Below are positions 52,501 through 64,000 of a stretch of 64,000 bases of DNA, one piece after another; positions within the stretch are counted from its first letter, which is position 1; each line of letters opens with the position of its first letter. Source of the stretch: Antedon mediterranea (Eukaryota; Animalia; Echinodermata); NCBI RefSeq assembly GCF_964355755.1, contig NC_092680.1, forward strand, positions 5,828,001 to 5,892,000, written 5' to 3'. A program made the position numbers and the translations under genes. The notes below the pieces were generated by a model, which was not told the origin of the DNA, did no database searches, and worked only from the letters and a program-made list of their open reading frames with translations.

Positions 52501-55500
52501 GTGAAAAGATTATATTTTTTTAGCTACTGAAATACTTTATTTATAATATAATAAAAACACTATATAAAATCTACATACAATGCATTTTTAACACAAACAT
52601 TTCTGTTTAAAACTATTATTTCTGAGAATAATAAAAATATATAGTCCGGATCATTAAAGATGACCTGGAAATCTCAGGTGGACGTATTATTACCAGGTCA
52701 GTCACGTCAAAGGAAATATAACATTTCACAACTCCATTTATGTACTAGGAAATTTAACTGATAGTAGTTAACATTATGGGAACCAATTGATAACGAAAAC
52801 AAACTTTTCCGCCTCTTATGCCATATAATTTTTCAATTGGATCTTATCTTTACATAGTTCAGTTATTACTTCCCACAATTAGTTTCTGTATTTTTTTTCT
52901 AAAGCAATATTATGCCAATTGTTATGATATATCTATTATTATTAAATTTATCCTCATGATTTTTCAGGGACATTGGGGTTAAAAGTGTATTTTATGATTC
53001 TAAAAATATTTACAATATCAGATAATGTATAATATCATTGCATTTTTGGATTTATGCAGCCATTAATCTGTTTTTTATTTAAATTTTGATTTGTTGTGTT
53101 CATGTCATTCACGATTGTAAAAAAAAGCATGTGGGCGTGCACTGCTATTACTGTACGTTGCAAAATATTTGCGACAGAAGTTTCTTTTGACTAGGTAGGA
53201 CATTTTGATCGCACCATAAGAAAACTTTTTTTAGGGAGTATAGTCTATTATGATTTTGATTATTAATTAGTAACTGGTAATAAATTGATTGATTCAAATT
53301 TTTTTTAACGCATAAAAAAAAAAGCATTGTTGATTCCCGAAAGATCGAGTCCCATTAATAGGGGTTCGTCTATAAAACATGTAAACTAAGAACACCTGTC
53401 CATTCGACAAAAAATAAACTTTCATTTTGTTAATTATAAACAATTTAATATTCACAGGTACTTGACAAAACATACTAAAAACAATTTCAGAATTGTCAAC
53501 GTTAATTGTCAAATGTTAAGCAAACACAGGCATACCACCGTTTCCTTTCATTCTTCCTGTTTTAACAAAACTATTTAGATACCCCTGCTCAATTGTTTTC
53601 AAAAATATTTATAATTTTGATTTCCCACAATATTCTTTACAGAGAAGTGGTTTAATAATTGGGCGTATTGTTTATGTTGGCCAAGATGAAACAATGAATC
53701 TGTTCCAATTGATTTTTTTTCTACCTTTAGGCAATCAATCAGCTTTCTGTCAATCTAGACTTTGAAGCATAATACACTTTATCATGCTGTGCTTACACAA
53801 TCTTTTAAAGTTCCAATTTGTCACTTACTAAACTAAGGCGCTTATGCAACTAGGTAGCGCTTGCACAATTTGTTTATTTATTTATTATTATTTGTTTATT
53901 TTATATTATTATTTTTATTTGAAGTTTCAATTTGTCATTTAATTGACTATGGTGCTTACCTAAATATGAGGTGCTTGAAAATGTTTTTAAAAGTTTTAAT
54001 TTGTAACTTACTAGACTATGTCTATACAATTTGTTTATGTTTAGTGCTTATAACTTGGCTAGGACATAAAGAACAAAACAATTTTACCAATCACAAGCAA
54101 TGAATATAATCCAAACTGTTGCTCGTGATTGGTCAAATTGTTGCTCGTGATTGGTCAAACTGTTGCTCGTGATTGGTCAAATTGTTGCTCGTGATTGGTC
54201 AAATTGTTGTGCATACTTGGCATTACTAAATAACGAAAACTAAAGTTTATAGCAAAAAGTTTCTGAAAAAATGTGTTCCTTCTTGATCATTTACATTACA
54301 GCATTTCAGAAAAGCCACACTTTAGGCCATTGAACTTATAATTGTAAAACAATATATGGATGTCTTTTATTGCCAAGTGGGATTGACTGGCCACTTGTAT
54401 CATACGGAAAATCCATTAACTGGTTACTGGAAAAAAAAGTTATTGAACCATAATAAATATACAATTTTTCATGGGCCCTATTTTTTTTCAGATAGATTAA
54501 TTTAGATATTTTGTCATACCCTTTCTTTATATTATTACTGTATGTTTTTGTTATTATTTTATTTTAATCAGTCAGGTTTTAGGTTATGTGTACCATGAAT
54601 TCATCTTTTAAAGCTCTGTCTATACTATCATCTAACTTTTTGTGACAAAAAATGTGCCCATATGGACATGATGATGTTATATCACTACCATATTTAGAAA
54701 TATTACTACCATATTTGGGCACATCGCACTTTTTTTGTCAAACTAGTTTGAGTGTAGACAGACCTTAAGATACCAATTTTTGTTTTTACCCGATTCAAAT
54801 GTTTAAACATTTATTAGTAATACAACTTTTAAATTGTGTTAGTCACATGTGCTGGTTTTTTTTGTTTTTTTTTCATTTTTGTAAATTGTGTATTGATTAA
54901 AGTTAAATCATAAATTCTGGACCAATAAACAATGAAACTAAATTAAGAATGATTGTTTCCTTTTTTTTAGGAACTCCTGTCAATCGCATTCCAATCATGG
55001 CAAAGCAAGTATTAGACTTGTACGAACTGTTCCAACTAGTGACGTCCAAGGGTGGTTTGGTAGAAGTCATCAATAAAAAGATGTGGAGAGAGATAACAAA
55101 AGGACTGAATCTACCATCGTCAATAACAAGTGCTGCATTTACACTCAGAACACAGTAAGTATACCTACCCTTTTGCAGGGTGGTACTTTTTTCTGCAAAT
55201 AATAAAATAATGGGGTAAGCTGTGCAAGCTTAAACAACTGAAGAAAAGATATTTAGGCCTAGCCTAGAAGATGATAATAATTTACCTGCTGGCTAGATAG
55301 GATTGGCCAAAAAATTGTAGTGAGTTAACCATACTGGCTCCCTCTCTCTCTCATTTGAAAATAATTCAGGAAAAGGTGGGAGGGTTGGGGGGGGGGGTTG
55401 TTTCTCAGCTACAAGCCCCCTGGCTACTGACATAAAGTAATGTTCTGCAAATTGAGTTATAATAATTATTAATATTAGAAATTGGTCTAAAATTTATAGC

Positions 55501-58081
55501 CCACTGTATTACATAACATTTAAATTACTAAATTATTTCATGTTTTTTATATTCTCGGATCCCCAAAAGCAGAAAAGAAAAGAGAAAGTTAGATGGAATT
55601 TTAGTTGTACTTAATACTTTGATTGCAAATAGATTTTATGTAGTTTCAATTGTGTTGTTGAATTACCCAATAGAATACATTTAGAAAGAGTGGAGTGGAG
55701 CTGTGGCTTGGTGGTTATGATGCTTGGCTACCAATCTAAGGGTCCTGGGTTCAAGTCCTGTCATATGTCAGGGTTTTTTTCTCATGACAATTTACAACTC
55801 CACTCCCAAAGACTTAATAATAAGTCTTTGTCTATGTAGAGCATCTTGTGTATATGTTTGTCTTATATGTTCTAGTGCAGTATATGGAGAGCCATCTCGA
55901 TAGTGCTTTGCACTCATGGCAATCCTCAGGGTGCTGCACCGCTGTGTTGTCATGTATGTTTGCCTGAAAATTAAATAAAATAAAAAAAATAAAAATAAAA
56001 TAAAGTTAAAAGTGAAATAATGTTTGTTGGTATTAAGTTCCTATTAAGTGTGTTTTTATTATGTTAATATAAGTAGGCTTGATGATTGTAGTGTCGCAAC
56101 ATTTGTTTTCACATTGTTAATACTGTAACTCAAAATCAAAAAGGGATAGTGTTGAAATGTTCCCATAGTAAAAAGAGGACGTATAATTGCTTAATACGGC
56201 TTTAGGGTCCCGTTAGGCATTTGAAATCATGCACTGCTGACTCTTATGGCAGCCCCTGCATCTAGTATCTGCCTCAGATGTATTGGCCCATGCCTTTCCT
56301 CTCGTCAAGGTGGACACTGGACGAGAGAAGCCCTTGATCAATGTTAGGACCAATCAAGGTGCTTTAAACAGTCCTGGTTTTGTTTGTATCAAACCTGTTA
56401 GTGGCGGTAATTATCGCTGTTGGTTTTGATTGAATAAAATTTTAAAATAATTAAAAAATAAAATAAACAATACTGTTTTGTATTATTACAGATATATGAA
56501 ATATTTATATCCTTACGAGTGTGAAACCAAAGGTCTGAGCACGCCGTCTGAACTTCAAGTCGCCATTGATAATAATCGTAGAGAGGGTCGTCGTAGCTAT
56601 CAACCTTCTGCATATGTAACTCACCAGCCACACTCACCACCGCCATCAATGATTCCAATGGCAAAATCTATTCCACTCACTCATCCAGGCTTTTATAGAC
56701 CTCAAAGACTTCCAGGTTTCATTCCGTCAAATTTATCCTCATCGGGTAAGTACATTATTTTGTTACGCTGCCATTTGATTGGTTGATTTTGTATCACACG
56801 CCATGCATTATTTTTTCCATTCCACGAATGAAAGTACTGTTGCATGCTCAGTAAAATGTAAAATAATTATTGTGATACAATTTGTACGCGACTGGAAACC
56901 TAGCTATGCCATCTAAATTAATTAAATGATATTTTTGTTTAGGTGATGAAGAAAGTCAGCCTCCAACACCTAGTCCACAGTCTGTGTCAAAGCTACATCA
57001 TTCCCCGTTATTCGACCATGGCGGACCTCTACCGCCCAAGCGTTCTCTCCTGTCTGATGAAGCTTACCACAGATTCGTAACGCAACAACATCATCTCTTA
57101 TATCCCTCAACGCATCTCAAAATCACAAGTAGCAAAAGTAAGTATAAAATAATTTCATACTCGCATTTTTATTTACAGCACAACATTGGTTGGCTAAGCT
57201 TCTTAAGCTCTGTCTACACTGGTTTGACAAAAAAAGTGGTATGTGCCCAAATAAAGTAGTGATATTCCCAAATATGGTTGTGATATGACGTCATCCATAT
57301 ATGGGCACATCACATTTTTTTTGCACAAAGTTTGATAGTGTAGTCAGAGTTTTAGCAACATAATTACAATATAAGCCGTTGTGAGAAAGTAACTTATCAG
57401 ACCATGATGGTAGAGACAAGACATAACACGTTCCACTCCATCTCCTTCGTCTACCATCCCGAAAAACACAAAGCTTACTAATATTACATTTGTTAAACAC
57501 GAAATATCAATTTGAAATGGAAAATTATTGAATTGAATTGAATTGAAATTTATATTTTTTATATTTATACTGGGTAACCTCTTCAGTCAAAGACTGGTCT
57601 CCCAGAGGGCCCAGTTGGTGATTAGTGGCTGTGATGTACTAATACACCGGGGTAACCCCCTACTCGTCTCGAAAGATGTACTAGGTTCTTTAAACTGCAC
57701 ACGAGCTAGATGTGTACACTGGACCTACGGTTTATAGTCCTTATCCGAGAAGACTCGTTCTACCACCAGAACCATGGAGTGAGTGAGCCTCGAACCCCTG
57801 CCGATGTTATGGCTACGTAATTACGGTTCCACTGTCTTAACCGCTCGGCCACTCACTCACTGTTATGTTAATATTGCATACATTTTCATTTAATTGTAAC
57901 GTTAATTGATTTATATTTTTTAGGTGAACAAGGCAGTGGGTTACCAATGCTGGAATCCAGATCTGACAATTCAATGGTAATTAGTATGGAAATCAATGGA
58001 ATTCTGTATCAAGGCGTTCTGTATCCTCATGCTGTAACAAGCATGCCTCACCATAGAACATCATTACACAACATCAAATAA
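43575..58081 (+). CDS. dri: Dead ringer / ARID3 transcription factor
   Basis: Exons 43575-43610, 43835-44455, 47488-47560, 54971-55154, 56492-56745, 56943-57137, 57924-58081. Extended ARID WSFEEQFKQLYEL...GTPVNRIPIMAKQVLDLYEL...LPSSITSAAFTLRTQYMKYLYPYECE, plus REKLES-beta SMVISMEINGILYQGVL. Confidence 0.95.
44810..44900. mobile_element. MITE family A, partial
   Basis: catgatgatgtcatatcactaccatat...gggcacatcacac. Confidence 0.6.
45184..45702. mobile_element. Tc1/mariner-type MITE (TA target) with reiterated gggttactattag
   Basis: ta|ccgtaaatcttctgattgtaaccc ... gggttactattagaagatttatgg|ta. Confidence 0.75.
47266..47417. mobile_element. MITE family A copy
   Basis: agctctgtccacactatcaaac...gtttgatagtgtagactgagct. 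Confidence 0.8.
47628..47757. repeat. G-rich ~45-bp tandem repeat, 3 copies
   Basis: gggaggggtggggcggggggagtaaggcaacaatacaatggctc repeated. Confidence 0.85.
47800..47965. mobile_element. MITE family A copy
   Basis: agctctatctacac... plus family internal sequence. Confidence 0.7.
49641..49850. repeat. 105-bp tandem duplication including a hAT-like MITE end
   Basis: Two near-identical copies (49641-49745, 49746-49850) containing gcgttacaccactg. Related cagtggcataac / gttatgccactg ends occur at ~3186, ~17465 and ~34465. Confidence 0.85.
50407..50575. mobile_element. MITE family A copy
   Basis: agctctgtccacac...tagacagagct. Confidence 0.8.
54117..54208. repeat. 22-bp tandem repeat x4 containing ATTGG (CCAAT)
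   Basis: (tgttgctcgtgattggtcaaa[t/c])4, with an inverted copy just upstream at ~54078-54100. Confidence 0.85.
54612..54766. mobile_element. MITE family A copy
   Basis: agctctgtctatac...gtgtagacagacct. Confidence 0.8.
55697..56003 (+). mobile_element. tRNA-derived SINE
   Basis: Head ggagctgtggcttggtggtta...gggttcaagtcc (A/B boxes) and (taaaa)n tail; a head fragment also occurs at 8662-8715. Confidence 0.7.
57206..57352. mobile_element. MITE family A copy
   Basis: agctctgtctacac...gtgtagtcagagtt. Confidence 0.8.
57527..57860 (-). mobile_element. tRNA-derived SINE with Deu/Nin-like core
   Basis: Minus strand: A box TGGCCGAGCGG, B box GGTTCGAGGC, core tcggataaggactataaaccgtaggtcc...ttaaagaacc...gagtagggggttaccccgg, and (caatt)n tail. 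Confidence 0.75.
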
Positions 58082-58584
58082 TCAGGGAATCTGTTACAAT
58101 GTAATAATAAGGAATTTTATGGACAGTCACTGCTAAATTGTTTTTTATTTATATACATGAACAATGTATGTTTAATCAAGGACTTACAAAAGTTGAAAAA
58201 GCAGAGGCTGATATAAATTACTTTAAAAATTGTAAAACATTAAGCGTATTTTCAAAATGTATAATAATGTATGTGTTTTAAAACTTGTAAATAATAAAAG
58301 GGGATATTGTAAAACATTCGGCGTATTTCCAAAATATATAAAAATGTATGTGTTTTAAAACTTGTAAATATTAAAATAGGATGTGACCCAGTACTATAAC
58401 AATCAAAGATTTGTATTCTGTCATTCATGGGCTGCCTCACACAAGCTTTGTTTTTTTGGAATTTTGCCCCTCTTACTTAGTTTAATAACATTATTGTTAA
58501 TTTATTATTATGAATTAAATGTTACTTGATTGATTGATTCCAAAAAAAAGATATTGGCCATTGCATCCTGATATGAGTTTATAA

Positions 58585-58770
58585 TTAATTTTAAATGACT
58601 CAAAGTAGGTGAACGTTTGACAGAAGTTGAGAGTTCGTTCGAAAGAGGGACTGCAACAAAGAAGCTGAGCATCTACTGCTTAGTACGGAAATTTGGGACA
58701 GATAGCAATAATTTGTCAGAGGAGCAAAGGTGACGAGATAGGACATCGAGGAAGAAGTCATGATGGACGG
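58585..58770 (-). mobile_element. L2-like LINE fragment
   Basis: Minus frame SRHLCSSDKLLLSVPNFRTK..., decayed. Confidence 0.45.
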
Positions 58771-58822
58771 GAAATAATAAAGCTTTAAATTTTAAAATAA
58801 GTATCTTGAATGTGTTGCTTAA

Positions 58823-59182
58823 AGATGTATTGTCCCCCAAAAACATAAAAAATGAAGATTAATAAAATCAGACTTTGAATAGGCCATTTTGTAGAGGATT
58901 AACAAAGTTAATCCCTTCTGTAGGAAAAAAAAACCCGAAAAAATCATGTGTTCACTTATAAAATGACAAAATAAACGATTAAATTCAACCAAAAACCTAT
59001 TGGCTGGCAGCCAATTTGACTATTTTTTGCTATATAAATTACAGTTTTTTTCAGGTAAATAAATTTTTTCTAATCCAATTTAAGTAAATAACTATTGTGC
59101 GATATAAAAATGGCATATTCAAGAAAAAATGGGGGTTTTTTTGGGGGGGGGGGGGGGGGGGCGGGGAGGGAACAATACATCT
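58823..59182. mobile_element. Kolobok-like MITE (TTAA target), copy 2
   Basis: ttaa|agatgtattgtccccc ... gggaacaatacatct|ttaa. Confidence 0.7.
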
Positions 59183-59522
59183 TTAATGGGGAGCCATTGA
59201 TCATTCAGTAAATGCATCAATACATTTGAAAGCAATAAGTCAATAAGACATGTATTATATGTATAAAACATTCCTAATAGCTGAGACAAAGATGATAGTA
59301 CGCAATTAATTGAATAATTTCTATATTAGACTATTTCATGTATATTTTTTTAATCATTGTGACTTTTTGTGAGTATTTCTAAAAACGAAATGAGTATTAT
59401 GTTGTATAAAACATTCCTAATTAATTAAATTTCAAATAATCAATCCATTAATACATTTTTGTAGTACAAAAAGTAAAATTCAGTCCTGTATTCATTCTGA
59501 ACGTGGAAGAAACAGCTGTTTA

Positions 59523-59680
59523 AGCTCTGTCTACACTATCAAACTTTATGTGACAAAAAAGTGTGATGTGCACATGGTAGTGATATACCCAAGTATGGTA
59601 GTATTATGACATCAGCATGTCCATATATGGGGACATCACATGTTTTTGTTACATAAAGTTTGATAGTTTAGAAAGGAGTT
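59523..59680. mobile_element. MITE family A copy
   Basis: agctctgtctacactatcaaac...gtttgatagt. Confidence 0.8.
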
Positions 59681-60799
59681 TAGGGTAAGCCTTTGCCTCA
59701 TGTGGTAAGGTGGCCAATTCTTTCCATGTTGCCTTATCTGCCCTAGTATTACATACTCATTTACAGCTGAGTGGACAAGGAGTTGTTTTTATATCTGGAA
59801 TTGAACCCAGGTTTTTCTGTATAGTTTCATAACCACTCAGTTACCACAACTCCAGTTTGTAGTAGTAGGCCTACTAGTTAAGCACAAACAAATCTACTTT
59901 AAGAGTTTTAAGATTGTTTAAATATGTAAATATTAGTTTGAGAAAACTTAATAAAGTACGCTTAATTCTTTTACATGTATATAAACAACCTTCAGATATT
60001 AAAATCGTACTGTTAAAATGTGGTCATTATTCTATTTTGTGTGATGATTTTTTATTCTAGTTAAAACATTGGAACCCGGATTTAAGGGTGACACCCATGT
60101 CGGATGTCGACAAACCCTCAACAGTTTGAAACATTAGTTTAAGTTGCTTCAATCGCCCCCCCCCCCTCCCCCTATTTAAAAATCCTGTATCCGCCACTGA
60201 TAATAATACGAATGAAAACATATTTACTGTACACTCGTAATTGAATTTATATTTTTAAATATATATATTTTTAACTATTTAAAAATAGTTCAGAATCCAT
60301 TATGATTTGTAGGTTTACAATTCTTAACTATTCAATTATTCACTTCAAATTCACTTTGATAATAATATCGTTTGATTTGTACATCAATGGTGTATGACAT
60401 TCATTGTGTTAATGTCTGCACTTTTAAATCTGTTTTCAACACAATTATGCTTGATATAAATATTTTGAAAACGTGACTACAATAGTATAATATCTATTAT
60501 TCCACTTAATAATCCGTTCTTTCGTGTGAAATTCTGCAATAGTCTCGCTTTAGAGAATGTCGGATAAAGAGAGTCAAATCATAATCATTTCGACTTGAAT
60601 TCACTATTATTTACCCATGACAATGCAAATTGTAAATGCTATAAACCTAAGTAATAATAATCTCATTGGCGCGTAGTGAACTATATTATACCTTTAGGGA
60701 ATATATTAACGAGAAAATGTATGTAGGACTATCATTGTTACCATGTTATCTCTTCGGTCTCCTATAAATTCATTTATTTATTCATTTAATACACCTTTG

Positions 60800-61360
60800 A
60801 CTAGGATTGAATCAAACACTCTCTGGATTGAATCATATAGACTTAGATTGTAGGCCTACGTCTAGTATGTAACTGTAGTCATTCTCACACCTGTCTCAGG
60901 ATTGAATCCTATAGACTTAGATTACGTTGTAGTCTATAACTGTAGGCATTCTCACACCTGTTTCAGGATTGAATCAATCTCTCCGGATTGAATCCTTAAA
61001 CATGGATTACATTTAGTCTTTATGTTAACTGTTGTGATTCTCACACCTGTCTCAGGATTGAATCAATCTATCTCTCTGGATTGAATTCTATTGACATTAA
61101 TTACTCTGTAGTCTCTAACTGCAGTTGTTCTTACACCGTTCTCCCGATTAAATCAATCTCTCCTGGTTGAATTCTTATAAACTGAAATTCATTTGCAGTC
61201 TGTAACTGCATTTATTTTCACTCCTGTCTCATGATTGAATCAATCTCCGGATTGAATCCCCGACTTTTTTACTTTATAGATTTAAATCAGTGATTCTGCA
61301 CACCTGTCTTGGGATTGAATTAATTGGATTGAATAATCATAGGATATAGACTTAGATTAC
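60800..61360. repeat. Degenerate tandem array, ~67-90-bp unit, 6-7 copies
   Basis: ttctcacacctgtctcaggattgaatc recurs at ~60882, 60949, 61037, 61127, 61215 and 61293, with homologous intervening sequence. Confidence 0.8.
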
Positions 61361-62035
61361 CTGATTATAATTTGTAACCGGTTGCTATATTTTAGTCTCT
61401 TTCCTTTAATATTAACCTATAAAGAATTCCATTTCTCTCCGTGGTGAATAGGGATAGGACCTACCTTGTCCATTATCTATAATAGCGATGTTATCTAAAG
61501 AAATTTCTTCGTGTTTTGAGATAAAATATAATGCCATTAAACGGATTATTGGCATAATAGTTCTATAAAAGTTGAATAAATTTAACTCGGTTAAGTAATA
61601 TAGAAGATTGGCAGTCAATGGATGAAATCAAGCGAATAGACAACAATAAATGCTCTTTAGATTTTCGTTTACATCTCATATCACTATATTTATTGTTACA
61701 TTTTATAATTGAATGTGAATAAAAGCGAATATTTAATTTAATTTCGATTTAACTCAGACGAGACACATTGTTGTAAAGTTTAAGGATACTTGGCACCATA
61801 CTATAATAAGCAATAAAAGTGCATTAGTCGATTGTTGATTGTATATATAATAATTTTAAGTTCAATTAACAATCTGTCAGAGAATGTATGCGATACTTTC
61901 CGATTGGATGAGATGAATATAATACGTGCATTTGTTATGATGTATTCAAATAAAAAATAATAAAAATATCAATGTTTGTGTGCGTGTGTGAGTGTGAGAA
62001 CAATCGACCGAGGTGTAAAAGTAGCTTGGTCTCCA

Positions 62036-62702
62036 TAAAGCTTGGTTCCCAATAGAACGTAACGCAAGGACGTAAACGCAACGCAAGCGTTTTAACCAAT
62101 GAGAAGCAAAGTTATAGACAGTTAGCAATCACAAGCGAATAAGCCATCGCTTGTGATTGGTCAATTCACTTGCGTTGCGTTACGTCCTTGTGTTGCGTCG
62201 CTAGTGGGAACCACGCTTTAGGACTCAACGCAAAGACGTAAGTGCAACGTAAATCGTGGTTCCCACTAGAGACGTAGGACGTACGCGCATTACAAGCGAA
62301 TTCATCGATGACAAGCCACTGTTCGAATAATCCATCGCTTGTTATTGGTCTAATCACTAAAGCGTGGTTCCCACTAGCGACGCAACACAAGGACATAACG
62401 CAACGCAGGTGAATTGACCAATCACAAGCGATGGCTTGTTCGCTTGTGATTGCTAACTGTCTATAACTTCGCTTGTCATTGGTTAAAACGCTTGCGTTGC
62501 GTTTACGTCCTTGCGTTACGTTCTAGTGTGAACCAAGCTTTACGTTGTGTTACGTCCTTGCGTTGCGTCGCTAGTGGGAACCAAGCTAAATTAATTTGAC
62601 CAATCACAAGCAATGGATTACCTGAACTGTCTCTTTGTGATTGGTCAACTCGCTTGCGTTGAATGCGCTTACGTCCTTCAGTTCTAGTGGAAACCAAGCT
62701 GA
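62036..62702. mobile_element. Cluster of MITE family B copies in inverted/nested arrangement
   Basis: 62039-62217 and 62360-62540 are reverse complements; related partial units lie between and after them. Confidence 0.8.
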
Positions 62703-63108
62703 TAAGTTGTGTCTGATACATTTTCCCGTAGCTGGTACCCCCATTGTGTTAAATATTCGTGTTCGTCGCCTTGTTTCATCAGATTTAAATAGAATACACA
62801 TTGCCGGTAATATAACAGATGGAACATTTCAAATGATTCGTTTGGTGATTCTAGAATACAAATGAACAAGTTGCCGGATCAACGCTAAGTTCATTATTGC
62901 AATAAAGGAAATCTGTATGTGGTCATGCGATCAGAACGCGTAGACGATGGGCTTACATACAGGGACACGAGACGGTAGTGTTTAGCACACGATGTATTAT
63001 CAGGGGAACATACAGACCTAGAAATTACACCCTTTCAGCCTTTCTATCAAAAGGTCGAATTCAAATTATGTTGTTACGTGGAGACACAAACGTTTTTCAC
63101 GTTTCTTA

Positions 63109-63250
63109 AGCTCTGTCTACACTATCAAATTTTATGTGACAACAAAAATGTGATGTGCTCAAATATGGACATGATGATGTCATATCACTACCATATTTGG
63201 GCACATCATATTTTTTTTGTCAAACTAGTTTGATAGTGTAAATAGAGCTT
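63109..63250. mobile_element. MITE family A copy
   Basis: agctctgtctacactatcaaa...tttgatagtgtaaatagagct. Confidence 0.8.
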
Positions 63251-64000
63251 TAGACATAATGTTGCACTGCTTATCGTACCTGTATATAATTATGTTACCG
63301 TACTAATCATCTAATGGTTAGCATTTAGTTAAAACCTGGTTATGATACTGTAAAATGAATGATGATATACGGATAATTCTCTATAATCTCATGGAGACAA
63401 CGCCCTACACAACATGACGCACTGGCAAGTGCACACGAACCAGTGTTCAATGGTCCGGACCTCCGTTTTTAAAGATTAACGGATGACTTAGTGTAACAAT
63501 TGTATAGGCTGTACCCGAGTTCTCTGTTTAACCCGTCGGACACATCATATTTAAACAAAAATGTTTTCGATGGCAACTTTATTTTAATAAACCATAAGGC
63601 GATAACGCAATGCTCGCGGTACGCGTATTATTAATATTAATGCACACTTTAATTCTGAATAGTTATTATTAGGTTGGCCAAAATTGTCGGTCCCGTTATA
63701 TTAATTATTTTCTGACCATTTAATGTCATGATCAAAACGTCACTTTGATTGCTTCATATGATTTTAATACGTTAATTTTCCAATTAAAACTGAACAAACG
63801 ATTTAAAATTACTATGACCAAAACATTAACATAATAGAAAACATATGGTTTTCTTGAATTAATAATAGCTATATAGACACCCACCAAGGACAATGGGTTA
63901 GATTGTATTAATTCCCAGACCTGCGGCCTCTTCAATAGATTATTAATATCGTATTATTGGATCGTTCATCTTCCTCAATCAAGAATTTCAAGTTTCATGT

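Noticed and set aside
59143-59170. Poly-G / G-quadruplex element
   Set aside because: Expanded G run inside the terminus of a Kolobok-like MITE; no evidence of function.
60800-61360. CRISPR-like repeat-spacer array
   Set aside because: The 'spacers' are homologous to each other, the repeats are degenerate, the context is eukaryotic, and there are no cas genes.
58082-64000. Further protein-coding gene downstream of dri
   Set aside because: Only short ORFs, repeats and AT-rich sequence; no supportable exon.

Overview
AT-rich, intron-containing animal genomic DNA; gene and SINE content suggest an invertebrate, possibly an echinoderm (inference). Ten protein-coding loci can be read. Eight form four head-to-head pairs: BTB-BACK kelch-like (-, partial)/TPGS2 (+), SUPT7L (-)/POLI (+), ANAPC11 (-)/TAF1C (+), and a TIR-only gene (-)/RPL17 (+). 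A Tigger/pogo-derived gene is nested in ANAPC11, and dead ringer/ARID3 (+) follows. Main result: the 84-aa ANAPC11 reading frame closes only if a single-nucleotide exon (G on the minus strand at 20918, context aaag|G|gtaagt) is spliced in. This mirrors the 1-nt exon known from plant APC11. The last ANAPC11 intron hosts the intact, catalytically degenerate Tigger-derived ORF, which may share ANAPC11's promoter. Other notable features are a U12-type intron in TAF1C, a Ginger-like foldback element with ~480-bp TIRs, CTAG/AGGCCT tracts confined mostly to first introns, and many MITE/SINE/LINE remnants. Exon models were assembled by eye from splice signals and remembered protein motifs; no searches were run, and repeat boundaries are approximate.
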